Positions 48,863-64,000 of a stretch of DNA of 64,000 bases are shown one piece after another. Both the position numbers and the translations under genes were made by a program. Every line of letters starts with the position of its first letter. The first letter of the stretch is position 1. The notes below the pieces were generated by a model, which did no database searches, was not told the origin of the DNA, and was given only the letters and a program-made list of their open reading frames with translations. This stretch comes from Octopus vulgaris (lineage: Eukaryota). The stretch lies in NCBI GenBank assembly GCA_951406725.2, contig OX597817.1, positions 143,158,001-143,222,000 on the forward strand. Direction: 5' to 3'.

Positions 48863-50036
48863 TGAATAACCTCTCCGTTCTTAATACGTTCAAGCAGATT
48901 CGACTGTGAATATCTAATCTCTGCTGTTTTCGCTACCAGAGAACATCCCTTGATACACAATGGCGGGAGAGCTGAGAGGATGCGATAACTGAAAGGAAGA
49001 GAAAACAAGCTGCATCAACACTCAGTAGGAACTAATTTTCAGTTGAGTAGACCAGAACAGCGTGAAAGGAAGTGCCTTGCTCAAGGAGTCAACGCGTCGT
49101 CCGACCCAAGACAATAATTTATTTTATTTTGTTATCGCTGTAATTATAGTAAAGTTCTCCTCACAGTAGGTTATTGGTATTAGGTTACAGTAACCCACTC
49201 AGACTCCCTTTTCTTGATAACTGCAGGTGCTATTAAAACAAAGGACATCAAATAAGAAAGCCAGGTGATATGAAAAGTAGTTTAGTTATTTATTAAAGTG
49301 ATCAATGTTTAAAATTTAGAGATGGGGAAAATTGTTTCGTGGTAGCCATAACTTCAGTACATTCTATAATAATTTCAATGATTTTTGTTCTTTATTGTTG
49401 TTGTTGTTTTTTGTTGTTTTTTTTTTAGAAATATATTTTGGTGTTTTCAGTAACATTTACAGTTGCTTAATGTTATATTTTTAGTTTATTTTGTGAATGA
49501 TTTTTTTTGAAAGCTTATAAGCAACTTGGGGCAAGAATGTCTCTAAAAAATTCCTTTTCTCTACTCTCATCTTGACTTTGGTTTTAGAACTACTTGTCCA
49601 CCTAGTTGCTATCGTTCTTATACCAAATAACGGTAATTTACGCTTAACACAACATTCATTTTATTTGTCATGAATTTTCACATTATTGTAATTTTGATAG
49701 CAGTATAATAATGACAGCGCAAATACGTGACGTGCTAGAGCTAAAATGATTGCAGATTCGGAATAAGCGCTCACAAATTACCTATAAACACCATTTCGCC
49801 TAATAGTAGCAAAACTTTTGTTGCTTAGGGTAATGTATAAAATCTGTTATAAATATATAAAAAAGCAGCGTGTACATTTACAAGAGAGGACATTGAATAA
49901 ATATATAAACCGAAATCAGAGAACTAATCAATAAATACGACTTATAACCATTTAAGTATCGATGAAATTGATAAATATCAACAGTGAAGTGAAAGAGAAA
50001 TTTGAAACGAGATCTACAGACGACTAGGAATTGATA

Positions 50037-50893
50037 ATGGTTTCAAATTTGGGAACAAAGTCAATAATTTCGGGGAAGTGAGGGGCGGTGGTTAGTCAAT
50101 GACACTGAACCTAGTGCTCGATTGGTACTCATTTTATCGACCCTGCAATAATGGAAGGCAAAGACGACTTCGGCTGAATTTGAACTCAAAACGTGAAGTC
50201 ATAATAAAATGCCGCTAAGCAAATTTCCCGACACAGAAACTATTCTTATTTCTTTATTGCTCATAAGGGGCTAAACACAGAGAGGACAAACAAGGACAGT
50301 CAAACGGATTAAGTCGATTATATCGACCCCAGTGCGTAACTGGTACTTATTTAATCGACCCCGAAAGGATGAAAGGCAAAGTCGACGTCGACGGAATTTG
50401 AACTCAGAAAGTAACAGCAGACGAATTACTTATTTCTTTACTACCCATAAGGGGCTAAACACTGAGGGACAAACAAGGACAGACAGGCGGATTAAGTCGA
50501 TTACATCGACCACAGTGCGTCACTGGTACTTATTTAATCGACCCTCAAGAGAAAGAAAGAAAGGCAAAGTCGACCTCGGCGGAATTTGAAACCAGAACGT
50601 AGTGGTAGACGAAATACCGCTAAGCATTTCACCCGTCGTGCTAACGTTTCTGCCAGCTCGCCGCCTTCAATAATAATAATGGTTTCAAATTTTGATACAA
50701 GGCCAGCAAGCTTAGAGGAGGGAAGAAAGTCGGTTATATCGACTCCAGTACTCGACTGATACTTATTTTATAGATTCTGAGAAGATGAAGCACAAAGTCA
50801 CCCTCGGTGGAATTTGAACTCAGAACGTAAAGACGGATGAAATGCCGCTAAACATTTTGCCGGACGTGCTAACAATTCTGCAAGCTTGCCGCC
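50037..50893 (-). mobile_element. Cluster of SINE family 1 copies (alt-tail monomer, dimer 50247-50666, alt-tail monomer)
   Basis: Repeated GGCAAAGTCGAC / GGAATTTGAACTCAG blocks. Confidence 0.82.
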
Positions 50894-50896
50894 AAA

Positions 50897-53310
50897 TAAC
50901 CAGAGGCAGTTTTTTAAGAGCTTAGAAGTAGATACAGAAGATAATATACTTTCCGAAGCAGTGAAGACTCGCGAATTTCGGAATAACATCTGGGGCAAGA
51001 GATTTCTTACAACCACGGTGCTGAGTGGATTCATTCCGTGAGAACCGAGTTCCTTTGCCCTGAGGCTCTACGACAAAACTATGCACGCATAACAACAGAT
51101 GTAATTACACAGGTATCAGAACTGCCAAACTGGAAAGTAGCAGGACCAGAGGAAATCCAAGACTACTGGCTCAAGTGGTCTAGGTCAACACACAAGCGTT
51201 GCAATTAAGCAATTGCCTACAGAGTGGTGCAGTTTCGGAAACGGGTGAAAGATCGGTCAAAAAGCAATGAGGTTGGCAATTACCGACCCATTGTTTGTCT
51301 TAACCGCTTCTGGAAAGCGTTAGTAGGCATCCTCGCAGGGAAAATATATACATTCCTTTCAGAAAACAATCTACTTCAAGTAGAACAAAAGGGATGCCGA
51401 AAATGATCCAAATGCACCAAGGACCGCTTTGTGATAGACAAAGTTGTAATGAAGAACAGAAAACGGTACCAAAAATCTAATGCATGGCCTTGATAGACTT
51501 TAAAAAGGCTTACGATATGTTGCTGCATTCGTAGATTCTGGAAGCACTCGGCGTGTGTGGAATAGCTGAAACCGTATGTGTGCACTGATTAAGAACAGCA
51601 TGCCCAGTTGGAAAACACGTCTTTTCTCTAACAACCAGCACTTAGCTGAAGTAACAATCAAAATAAGTATCTTCTAGAGAGACTCTTGTTCACCTCTGTT
51701 ATTTGTTATAATTTTAACCCCACTTTCTCTAGTCCTACGCAAAGTCAACGCGCACTATGAGCTGAGAAAGAATGGACCTCATCTCAACCGCCTTTTCTTC
51801 GTGGATGATTTAAAACTTATCGCGAAAACAGATCCTGAAATGGAGAGGCTGGTTGAGACTGTGCAGATGTGCAGCAAGGATATAGGGATGGAATTCGGTA
51901 TCTCGAAGTGTGCGGTGCTCATTTAGAAACGAGGAAAAAGAGCAGAGTATAGAGATATAGAATTGCCAAACAGAGAGAGCATTGAAGGCCCGGATGATGA
52001 TGGGTACAAGTACCTTGGAATCCCGGAACAGGACAATATCTTGCACAGAGAAATGAAAGACAAGGTCATCACTGCATATTTGAAGCACCTCAAACTTTTC
52101 TTGAAATCAAAACTCAACTCAAGGAACCTTGTGACTGCCATCAATATGTGAGCTGTTGCTGTAGTCCGCTATAGTGCACCCGTCCTGAAATGGACACGAG
52201 CGGAAATTGACCAACTCGATCGCATTACCGAAAAGACAATGACAATGTATAGTGCCCTCCACCCGAAAGCGAATGTACACAGGCTCTACATGAAGAAGTG
52301 TAAGGGTGGACGTGGGCATATTAACGTACGGGATTACATCAGCAGGGAAAGAAGAAACATGATAGAATATTTGGGTAATAGCAAACAAGACCTGCTGCAG
52401 TGTGCTGCTAATGCGGAAGGATTTACCAAAAATGGACTTGGGAGTGCTAATGAATTCCGATCACGAACAACCAACGGGAGAGAAGAAACTCTACTCAGCA
52501 TGGAATTATATGGTCAGTTCCACCGTGAAACTAACAACTTAAAAGAGCAGGAAGCATCATGGAGGTGGCTCAACAAGTGTGACCTAAAAGAGAAAAATGA
52601 AAGCCTAATCATCGCTGCCTAGGATCAGGTATTGAATACTAACTCAGTGAAAAGGGATATATACCCCATGGACCTCTACAGAATGTTCGGGAAGAGGGTC
52701 GAAAGCGTGACTCTCATTGTTAGTGCTTGTGAAAGTGTTGCGCAGAGAGAGTACAAGCACAGACACGACTAAGTAGCGCAGATCCTTAACCGGATACTAT
52801 GCCGGAAGTAATGGATATGAGGTTGCGGGTGATTGGTACCAACATACACGGGAGAAGGAAACGGATGAAAAGAGGAAGGAAAAACTTTTCTGGGACTTTG
52901 ACTTCCAGACAGACAAGGTGTTAGAGCACCGAAGGCCGGATATAGCAACCTTTAGGAGGGACAAACAAGAGTGCCTAATAATCGACGTGGCGGTGTCAGG
53001 AGGTCAATATATTACCATGAAAGAAAAAGAAAGGATTGATAAATATGGAGACTTAGGAATTGAGATCGCTACGAGAGACGAACATAAATCTTGTTGTCAT
53101 CGGAGCATTGGGTTCAATACCACCCAACCTGAAAAAACATTTGGAAACCTTAGAAATACCCTACAATCTAGATGTATTGCAAATATATGTTTTACTTAGA
53201 ACAGCACGCATATTGTGTAAAATACTTTCTGTCTGATGCCTTTGCTGTGACTTGACAGACATTACAATCTGCCGATAGACACAATATCTTCAATCAACAA
53301 CAACGATAGT
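50897..53310 (+). pseudogene. Decayed R4/Dong-like RLE LINE (RT + RLE), 5' truncated
   Basis: NYRPIVCLN..EQKGCRK, DFKKAYD, FVDDLKL, YKYLG, RLYMKKCKGGRG, HRRPDI..IIDVAV. Ends in (TAA)n. Confidence 0.88.
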
Positions 53311-53311
53311 A

Positions 53312-53763
<452 letters not shown>

Positions 53764-53764
53764 A

Positions 53765-54320
53765 AATGCCCTGATGCAGTACCAGGCAGTGGCTCTCATG
53801 GCTTCTGATCTTAACTAATTGGAAGTGTTATCATGTACATTGTTTTGTCTTGGTATAAAAGATGGGCTACAGCAAATATTCTGCTCAATACCACAGATTT
53901 GCTTGTCAGTTGTTTGACCTTAACCAGTTGAGCATGTCCCTTAGTGGCTGACAATACGTGCATCTCTGATCACGAGCAGAAGTAGTAGGGGAGCATCATA
54001 GCCATGTGTTGAGAGGGATTCTTTGGGGTTTGAATAATTCACCTCTGGAAACATGGGTGTTTCGTTCAACATCCTAAAGCAACCCTTATTCAGGGACCTT
54101 TTGAGCAGGATGGGCTACTCGACCTGAAGAAAATTCTAACCGGGCCCCACCTGCAAGGTCATGTGCTGTTTATCTTGATATGAGATCACAATGTCGCGTA
54201 CATATGGTTGTGATGCATGTGCCTAGTGTATCCTTATCAGACGGGTAGTCATGATGGGTATATTGGGCTTCGTATATTTTACCCCAGTGTCACTTTGATG
54301 GCATGCACTGCTCTCCCACA
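53765..54320. mobile_element. Unclassified ~555-bp non-coding interspersed repeat within (TAA)n
   Basis: Sharp boundaries with (TAA)n on both sides. 54070-54265 is homologous to 30505-30682. Confidence 0.65.
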
Positions 54321-54360
54321 TAATAATAATAATAATAATAATAATTATAATTATAATTAT

Positions 54361-54483
<123 letters not shown>

Positions 54484-54633
54484 AATGATGATGATGATGA
54501 TGATGATGATAAAGCGAAATACACATTTCATTAGCAAAACCAATACACTCAATCAAACATTCTCAAACATTTATACACACACGCCGGCGCATACACACGC
54601 ACTTCAGGCCACGCATGCGCAGAAGATAGATGG

Positions 54634-54694
<61 letters not shown>

Positions 54695-55263
54695 TGTGGT
54701 GACATGGTGACTGGTGTCAATAAATGATAATGATATTTTACAATAAACGCCGAAGACAATCCATAGCGAGTCGAGCGAGCAAAACAACGGACTTAAAATT
54801 AGATTCAATCGGAACATAAACACTATTATTACTAAGGGACAATCGCTCGGCTGTTATCTCGTCAGGTTAATCAAGTTTAGTTTTTATGCAAGAAGTTATT
54901 GAGAAGGGTTTTATGCGTATGCGTGAGAGAAGGTGTCTGTGTGTGTGTGTGTGTGTGTGCGTGACTGCGTATGTGTGTGTGCGTGTGTGTGTATGTGAGC
55001 ATGAGTGTGTGTTCGTTCTTGGCACTGGCGTTGATATTTGTAAAACCAGTCACAAATACACCGCACACGCACAGACATACATACACGCGCATAAACACAC
55101 ACATACACACGCATACACACACGCATACACACACGCGCGCACACATCATACAAATTTTTATACATAAGGCCGTATGTGTGTGTATATGTATACATATACC
55201 TGCATAGATACATTTATATAATATACACATAAATGTATGTATATGTACGTATATGAACATATG

Positions 55264-55371
<108 letters not shown>

Positions 55372-55558
55372 TACATATATACATATATACATATGCATGT
55401 ATATATACATGTATACGTATATATGCGTGTATGTGTATATGTATACGTGTGTACATTTTGCATAAATATCCATGCACACATACATGTATATACCACGCGT
55501 GTATGTTCATGCACATACATGCACATAAGCACACTCATTCACGCCTACACACACACAA

Positions 55559-55594
<36 letters not shown>

Positions 55595-55806
55595 GCGCAC
55601 ACGCACATACACACGTTCTATCACGCTTCAATCACTAACGTGTTGAAAATGAAAGTTCACTTAAATTTCCTGTGGCACCAATCACATTTTGGTCGTTGAA
55701 CTTATCCAAGCAGGTTCACCAAAGTGATACAATAACAACGATACCGGCGACAATAACACCAACAAATAATAATAATAATAGAAATAATAATAATAATAAT
55801 AATAAC

Positions 55807-55888
<82 letters not shown>

Positions 55889-55959
55889 GTATAATGATGT
55901 GATTTATAGACAAGAGAACAGATCAGACATTGCAATAAATGGATATATATATACATATG

Positions 55960-56035
<76 letters not shown>

Positions 56036-56076
56036 CATATGTATGTGTGTATATATATATATGTATGTGTATACCT

Positions 56077-56112
<36 letters not shown>

Positions 56113-56175
56113 GTATATGTATATATATATGTATATATATATATGTGTATGTATATATATATATGTGTGTGTATA

Positions 56176-56221
<46 letters not shown>

Positions 56222-56222
56222 C

Positions 56223-56273
<51 letters not shown>

Positions 56274-56304
56274 TACACATATATATATATTCTGTATTCT
56301 TTAT

Positions 56305-57001
<697 letters not shown>

Positions 57002-57019
57002 AAAATATGTAGTGGTTAG

Positions 57020-57175
57020 CGATCTGTGTGGTAAGTAGCTTGCTTACCAACCAGATGGTTCCGGGTTCAGTCTCACAGCGTGACTCCTTGGACAAGTGTC
57101 TTCTATTTTAGCCTCGGGTCGACCAATCCCTTATGAGAGGATTTGGTAGACAGAAACTGAGAGAAACATGTCGTA
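57020..57175 (+). mobile_element. SINE family 4 head
   Basis: CTGTGTGGTAAGTAGCTTGCTTACCAACC ... GTAGACAGAAACTGA. Confidence 0.75.
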
Positions 57176-57414
57176 TATTTGTGTGGCCGGTGTATGTGTG
57201 TGTAAGAATGCATGTACGAATGCATTTCTGTTCATATATTTATACATACGTAGTAAATGCGCATACACGTATGTGTGTGTGTGTGTGTGTGGATATTTGT
57301 ATGTGTGTATATTTTCTGTTCATATAGATACAAAGATAGATACAAAAATAGATAAATAGATAGATAGATAGCTATATAGACAGACAGACAGACAGACAGA
57401 CAGAAAGATAGATG

Positions 57415-57546
<132 letters not shown>

Positions 57547-57976
57547 TGCATTTATTTATAATCTATATGTACATGTTTATGCACATTGCGTCGTAGAAAA
57601 TATAAAATGCATATCGATGTGTGTGTGTGTGTGTATGTGTGTGTGTACGTGCGCGTGTGTGATTGTGTGTTTGTTACTGTGCGTGTATGTGCGTTTGCAT
57701 TTGTATATTAATAATGTATAGAGTATTACCGGACAAGAGGAAACGCCACGGATTAAGAGTCTGATAATGAGTAATCCATATCTTTCTCAAGGTCGTCTTC
57801 CACTCCAGCCTGAGTGGCGTGATTCAATAATCGTAAATAATATACAAGTATCGGTGGGGGTATATATATATATATATATATATACATACATACATATACA
57901 TATATATCGATATCAACATATATATATATATGTATATATGTACATATATAAACATGGATACATATATATACACATA

Positions 57977-58033
<57 letters not shown>

Positions 58034-59732
58034 ATGGACATCCAAAGCCTCTATACTGTTATCCCTCACCACGAAGGACTGCAGGCCCTTCGACACTTTC
58101 TTGACCTCCGCTCCAACCCTGTACCTGACACCTCCACACTCATTCGTCTGGCCGAACTTGTCCTTACTCTGAACTGCTTCTCGTTCGCGGGCGAGTTCTA
58201 CCATCAGGCCTCGGGAGTGGCCATGGGAACGCGAATGGGCCCCAACTATGCGAACCTGTTCGTTGGCTATGTTGAGGCCCAATTATTCTCTAATTTCACT
58301 GGTCCCACTCCTGAACTATATGGTCGTTACATTGACGACATTATCGGTGCCACCTCACTCTCCCGTGAACATCTAAGATTCCTTCCTCTCTTTCGTCCAA
58401 TCTTTCCATCCAGCCCTCCACTTCACTTCCACTATCTCCAACACCTCTGTCTCCTTCCTCGACATTTCGGTTAGCATTCTTCACTCCACTCTTACCACCT
58501 CCATTCACTACAAACACACAGACTCACACTCATACCTCAACTTCTCTTCCTCCCACCCAGAACACACCAAGCTTTCCATCCCCTATTCCCAATTCCTCCG
58601 TCTACGTAGGCTCTGTAGTGACGACCATGACTTTGAGACTCAGTCTCAACGTATGGCTCACCACTTCACCCTACGTGGATACCCCCTCACCACTATCCAC
58701 ACCGCCCTTGCCAGAGCACGGTCCGTGGACCGTGTATCTGCTCTCTCTCCCCGAACCTGCCCTGTAGTCTCCCGCCTCCCTTTTCCCCTCACTTACCACC
58801 CCACGACCCTACCTCTCCAACGCACCATTCTTCGAGCTTTCCGTCATCTTCAGTCCGACCCGTCCACTTCACACCTCTTCCCTAACCGACCCCTCCCCTC
58901 TTTCAAACGAGCCCACAACCTTCGAGACCTTTTGGTCCATAGCTCCTTCCCTGACCCTACCTCCCAACCCGGCTCGTTCCCCTGCTCCCGCCCACATTGC
59001 CGCACTTGCCCTTACCTCTCCAACACCACCCTCCTCACTAGCACCCATCATCGACCCTATCCCATCATCCACTCCTTCACCTGCACCTCCAGCAATATTA
59101 TCTATTGCGTCTCTTGCTCTCTCTGCCATTCCTTGTACATCGGACAAACGGGACGCCGCTTGGCTGACCGGTTCGCGGAACACCTTCGTGACATCCACCT
59201 TGCGAACGACACACCGGTCTCTCGCCATTTCCGCTCCACCGGTCACTCCTTGCAACACCTATCTGTGTTCGGTTTGTCCTTACACAGAGGCCATCCGGAT
59301 TCCCGTTTGCGCCGTGAACAGGAATTAATCTTCTCTCTTCGCTCTTATACGCCATTTGGTCTCAACTCCCCCTCCTCATCTAACCCACCTCTCTCCCTCC
59401 TCACCTACCTTTCCCCCCCGACCCCTACTTCTTCAGTCCTTCATCCTTTCACCCCTACTCCCCTTCCCTTCTTCCCTCTTTCTCCCTCCCTCTTTCTCCC
59501 TCCTCCCTCCCTCCTTCCCTCTTCCCCTTCCCTCTGCTCCCTCACTCCCCTTCTCTCTCCCCCTCTCCCTCTTTCCTCCTTCCTCCTCCCCTCCTCCCCT
59601 CCTCCTCCCCTTCCTTCTCCCCTCCTCTCTCTCCCCCTCCCCCTCTTCTCCTCCCCTCATCTCCCCCCTCCCCCTCTTCTCCTCTCTCCACACTACACCA
59701 CACGACTTTACATATCACATCCTATATGATGT

Positions 59733-59994
59733 GCCATACTAATACATACACCAACTAATACATACTAATACATACACCAACTAATACATACTAATACATA
59801 CTAATACATACACCAACCCTATACATACACACGTCCAGACCTCTCATACGCACTAATACTCTCTCATACACACACACACACACACACACCCTTATACATA
59901 CTAATACGTACTAATACATACTAATACATACTAATACATACACCAACCCTATACATACACACGTCCAGACCTCTCATACGCACTAATACTCTCT

Positions 59995-60031
<37 letters not shown>

Positions 60032-60146
60032 ATACATACTAATACATACTAATACATACACGAACCCTATACATACACACGTCCAGACCTCTCATACGCA
60101 CTAATACTCTCTCATACACACACACACACACACACACACACCCTTA
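59733..60146 (+). repeat. ~120-bp tandem repeat (3 units) with CATACTAATA sub-repeats in the PLE 3' region
   Basis: ACACGTCCAGACCTCTCATACGCACTAATACTCT occurs three times here and once in the 27.3-kb copy. Confidence 0.85.
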
Positions 60147-60308
60147 TGTTGGAGCTGGTCACTCAACCCTATTATCTCCCCTAATTTCGCTCTCGCGTCT
60201 CATGTTTGATCTTTGACTTCTGGCCGAAATCAGATCGCCATGTTGGTTCGTTAGTTACTGCACGCATTTTTTTCTCTCCTTCTTTCTGTGTTTTTTTCTC
60301 TCTGTGTA

Positions 60309-60346
60309 TCTTTCTGTTGAAGAGCGTAGGCTCGAAACGTTAAAGA
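60309..60346 (+). ncRNA. Hammerhead-like motif in the PLE pLTR (CUGUUGA core); also at 27553-27590
   Basis: UCUUU-CUGUUGA-A-GAGC-guag-GCUC-GAAA-CG-UU/AAAGA. Confidence 0.65.
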
Positions 60347-60698
60347 CTTGTTTTATTTATATTTCCTGAGCGCCATACTAATACAATTGTTTGTTTGTTT
60401 TCCACCTGCCTTCGTCTTTTGTCTATTTTCATAAAGCTTCCCGTTATATATATATATACACACATATACATATGTATACATTTCTATATACGTATATTTT
60501 AATGAACATATGCATAGATATAGATCTATACATGCATATATATACATACATATATATATATACATACATATATACATATATTATTTATATATATAGAGAG
60601 AGGGGGTGAGTGAGAGAGATACATACATAAATATATGTATATTTATTTACACATTTGCATATATTTATACATGCGTATATAAATATATATATATGTAC

Positions 60699-60753
<55 letters not shown>

Positions 60754-60785
60754 GGATGAATACATTTAATATACATACACATCTC

Positions 60786-60825
<40 letters not shown>

Positions 60826-60904
60826 TATATGCACACACACATTCATCTATTTATGCACATATATATATATATATATGTATAATACATATACGTGTGTGTG
60901 TGTG

Positions 60905-60998
<94 letters not shown>

Positions 60999-61746
60999 AG
61001 TTTGCGTTTGTGTTCAATAGGAAAATGGAGGCTGGTATAATTGATGTAATAAGCCTAGACATTTTAATTAATTAGATTTGCACCTTTAATGAAGAGAACA
61101 GTAATTATTCTAATGACTAGTTCTAGTCAAAAACTGCGAGGGAAGAAAATTCCAAGGTTTCATTAATTTCTTCAACTTAAATACGGAAGGCAGTCGAGAG
61201 TCTGTATTTCAGCAGATTAATGACAGTGAGAATTGTTAGAGCGATTAAGCTATATTTCGTTGACGAGTTTTAGAAAAGCCGAAATATGCCCTCTGCTGTC
61301 TTACTAAAGTTCAAACTTTTCTCCTTTAGCATTTTATATTCGTTTAGAAATTATACGAGCTGACCCTTTCGAAATTCTACGGTGTAAATAGTAGTAGCCA
61401 ACGTGTATTAAATATCAATATGACCTTTTAAATATTTTATTTGGTTTTGAAAATAAGCAATGTTTTTCGTAAATATAAGTATTCTTTTAGTTCTCAAACA
61501 CTCGAGCGCTGATGGTGTACTGACATGGCCTTCACTGTCCCTCACACACGTGCACAAATACCCGTTTATTGTGTGTGGGGGTGTGTGTGGGTGTACGTGT
61601 GTTCGTATGCATGTGTGTTCGTATGCATGTGTGTTCGTATGCATGTGTGTTCGTATGCATGCGTTCGTATGCATGTGTGCACGTTCTAGTAAAGTTCTAT
61701 CTTTCTGTCTTTCTCTCTCTCTCCCTCTCTCTCTCTCTCTCCCTCA

Positions 61747-61778
<32 letters not shown>

Positions 61779-62304
61779 CGCACACACAGACACTTTTACC
61801 AACTTCTTCCCACAGGAATTTGCACTTGGCACAATTATAGGATAGATACTTAGCCCTTATTAAGCATCCATACGCATGCATGTCTATTGCTGTATACTCA
61901 CACGCATCCATATACCAACGCACGCACACACGCGTGTACACATACACGTATTTGCTTTCCGTCTTTTCACACACTCACGACAACAGTGTCCGTTATATCC
62001 TTTCGGTTTTTAGATGGTAGAGCATGACTTTAGAAAGATTCAGTTGCTATCTTTATCTGGTCAAACGACTATACAGAGGCTGTCTTGTTGGCTCATGTGC
62101 ATGAGCTTGTTACCGTTGTTGTTTAGCCCTATCCCGGTCTTTATATAGTGGACATATAAGCAAAGGTGCTCTATTATTGAACACGCCGTCCTTATTTGAG
62201 TTATTGCGCATCTGAGGATATTACCTCATACACCCAATATTTTCCAGATGTATGCAATAAGATGAAAGAAATTCGGCTGCTTTCATATTTTAACAAGTTG
62301 AATA

Positions 62305-62700
62305 AGGCGGCGAGCTGGCAGAAACGTTAGCACGCCGCGCGGAATGCTTAGCAGTATTTCGTCTGCCGTTACGTTATGAGTTCAAATTCCGCCGAGGTCG
62401 ACTTTGCCTTTCATCCTTTCAGGGTCGATAAATTAAGTACCAGTTACGCACTGGGGTCGATATAATCAATTTAATCCGTTTGTCTGTCCTTGTTTGTCCT
62501 CTCTGTGTTCAGCCCCTTGTGGGTAGTAAAGAAATAGGTATTTCGTCTGCCGCTATGTTCTGAGTTCAAATTCCGCCGAGGTCGATTTTGCCTTTCGGGG
62601 GTCAATAAATTAAGTACCAGTTGCGTATTGGGATCGATCTGATCGACTGGATCCCTCCTCCAAAATTTAGGGCTTTGTGCCTAGAGTAGAAAAGTATATT
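62305..62700 (+). mobile_element. SINE family 1 dimer (first unit Tx1-like tail, second unit alternative tail)
   Basis: Junction AAAGAAATAG|GTATTTCGTCTG at ~62538. Confidence 0.85.
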
Positions 62701-62713
62701 CATCATAATTTTT

Positions 62714-62881
62714 AGGCGCAGGAGTGGCTGTGTGGTAATTAGCTTGCTTATGAACCACATGGTTCCGGGCTCAGTCCCACTGCGTGGCACCTTGGGAAAA
62801 TATTTTCTACTATAGCCTCGGGCCGACCAAAGTCGTGTGAGTGAATTTAGTAGACGGAAACTGGAAGAAGCCCGTCGTGTG

Positions 62882-62928
<47 letters not shown>

Positions 62929-63195
62929 GTGTATGTGTATATGTATGTATGTATATATGTATGCATGTATGTATGTATGTATGTATGTATGTATGTGTGA
63001 CTATGTTTGTTCCCCCAACATCGCTTGACAAACGATGCTGGTGTGTTTACATCACCGTAACTATAGGCTCGACAAAATTGACCGATAGATTACTTACTAA
63101 GCTTACAAAGGATAAGACCTGGGGTCGATTTGCTCGACTAAATGCGGTGCTCCAGCATGGCTGCAGTCAAATAACTGAAACAGACAAACAAAAAA
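62714..63195 (+). mobile_element. Bipartite SINE family 4, complete
   Basis: tRNA-like head with CCTTGGG, internal (GT)/(GTAT)n, and 3' module ending GCAGTCAAATAACTGAAACA. Confidence 0.85.
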
Positions 63196-63889
63196 TCCAC
63201 GCAAGGATCCCACGCTATATGTACAGAGGTTTTCATATTCACATGTTACGTATACTTGTGTCTCGAATAATCGTATAGCGATTCCCATATTCCTACATAA
63301 TGCATGCTTATGTGTGTAGTTACTGTTCTTTAAAGACATGTTAGTAATGCCTTATTGCGGAGTCACACTTATATCTTATAGTGAAACTGCAACAATTGAG
63401 AAGTTAAACAGTTCTGGCTTAAACTTCCGAAACAGCTTTTCATCTAGTGGCTCTAACACTGACAAATACCCTCAGCCCACTCCTAAATATATTATTCGAT
63501 TTTTTTTTACTTTCATCTTCTTTACTAATGGGGAGTCAAGATTTCGAATTCATATAGTTCTCGCTCCCCGTGTTTTGGAATAAGTTTAAAACGCTTAAAA
63601 CTATTTTTAAAAATCATTAAGCGTGACAAGTGACCGACCCTTTTTCAATTCTTACAGCAATCGTTTTATCGATGTTACTTAATATGATTGTCATGAGAAC
63701 CGATGAGAAATTTTGAGAACTGATATTTATAAAAGTTAGAATTGCGATGTTATCGATAATAAAGAAGGTGTAGTACATTGCAGTTGTGGTTTTTTCTTTC
63801 TTGGTGTGTAGTATGGGGTGCGTAGGGGCGGCGTTTTAGTAGCGTTGATGGAACCAAATATGTCATTCCTTCACATCTTACTGACATAT

Positions 63890-64000
63890 AGGCGTAGGAG
63901 TGGCTGTGTGGTAAGTAGCTTGCTTACTAACCACATGGTTCCGGGTTCAGTCCCACTACGCGGCACCTTGGGCAAGTGCCTTCTATTATAGCCTCGGGCA
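63890..64000 (+). mobile_element. SINE family 4 head, cut by the window end
   Basis: GGCGTAGGAGTGGCTGTGTGGTAAGTAGC. Confidence 0.8.

Larger units (their letters stand above)
58031..60445 (+). mobile_element. 5'-truncated Penelope-like element (Neptune-type): RT + Cys linker + GIY-YIG, C-rich 3' region, tandem repeats, pLTR
   Basis: [34 protein letters not shown]; CSRPHCRTC; NIIYC..YIGQT..R..EH. One frameshift near 58375. (AT)n on both sides. Confidence 0.92.

Noticed and set aside
59733-60146. CRISPR-like repeat-spacer appearance
   Set aside because: The spacers are not unique. It is a tandem expansion in a eukaryotic retroelement UTR, with no cas genes.

Overview
This is AT-rich, repeat-saturated eukaryotic DNA. 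The SINE and microsatellite content suggests an octopus or other cephalopod genome (inference). No host protein-coding gene is convincingly present, and most ORFs in the track are microsatellite artefacts. Main contents: (1) two near-identical full-length 5.25-kb Tx1/L1-clade LINEs (ORF1 plus intact 1131-aa APE-RT-CCHC ORF2) in head-to-tail tandem, with the same 12-bp target sequence at all three junctions. They sit inside an older Tx1 ORF1 fragment, which is itself carried by a ~1-kb non-autonomous Helitron. (2) An abundant tRNA/Deu(Nin)-type SINE whose 3' tail matches the 3' end of that LINE. (3) Penelope-like elements (RT + GIY-YIG) and a dense set of short non-coding repeats carrying minimal type-I hammerhead ribozyme motifs. 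These include a 330-365-nt retrozyme-like family arranged as partial tandem plus inverted arm, and core variants U3:A8, probable G3:C8 and A6U. (4) R4/Dong-like RLE LINE remnants in (TAA)n, a full-length decayed mariner, MITEs and several modular SINE families. All alignments were done by eye, and boundaries of decayed elements are approximate.
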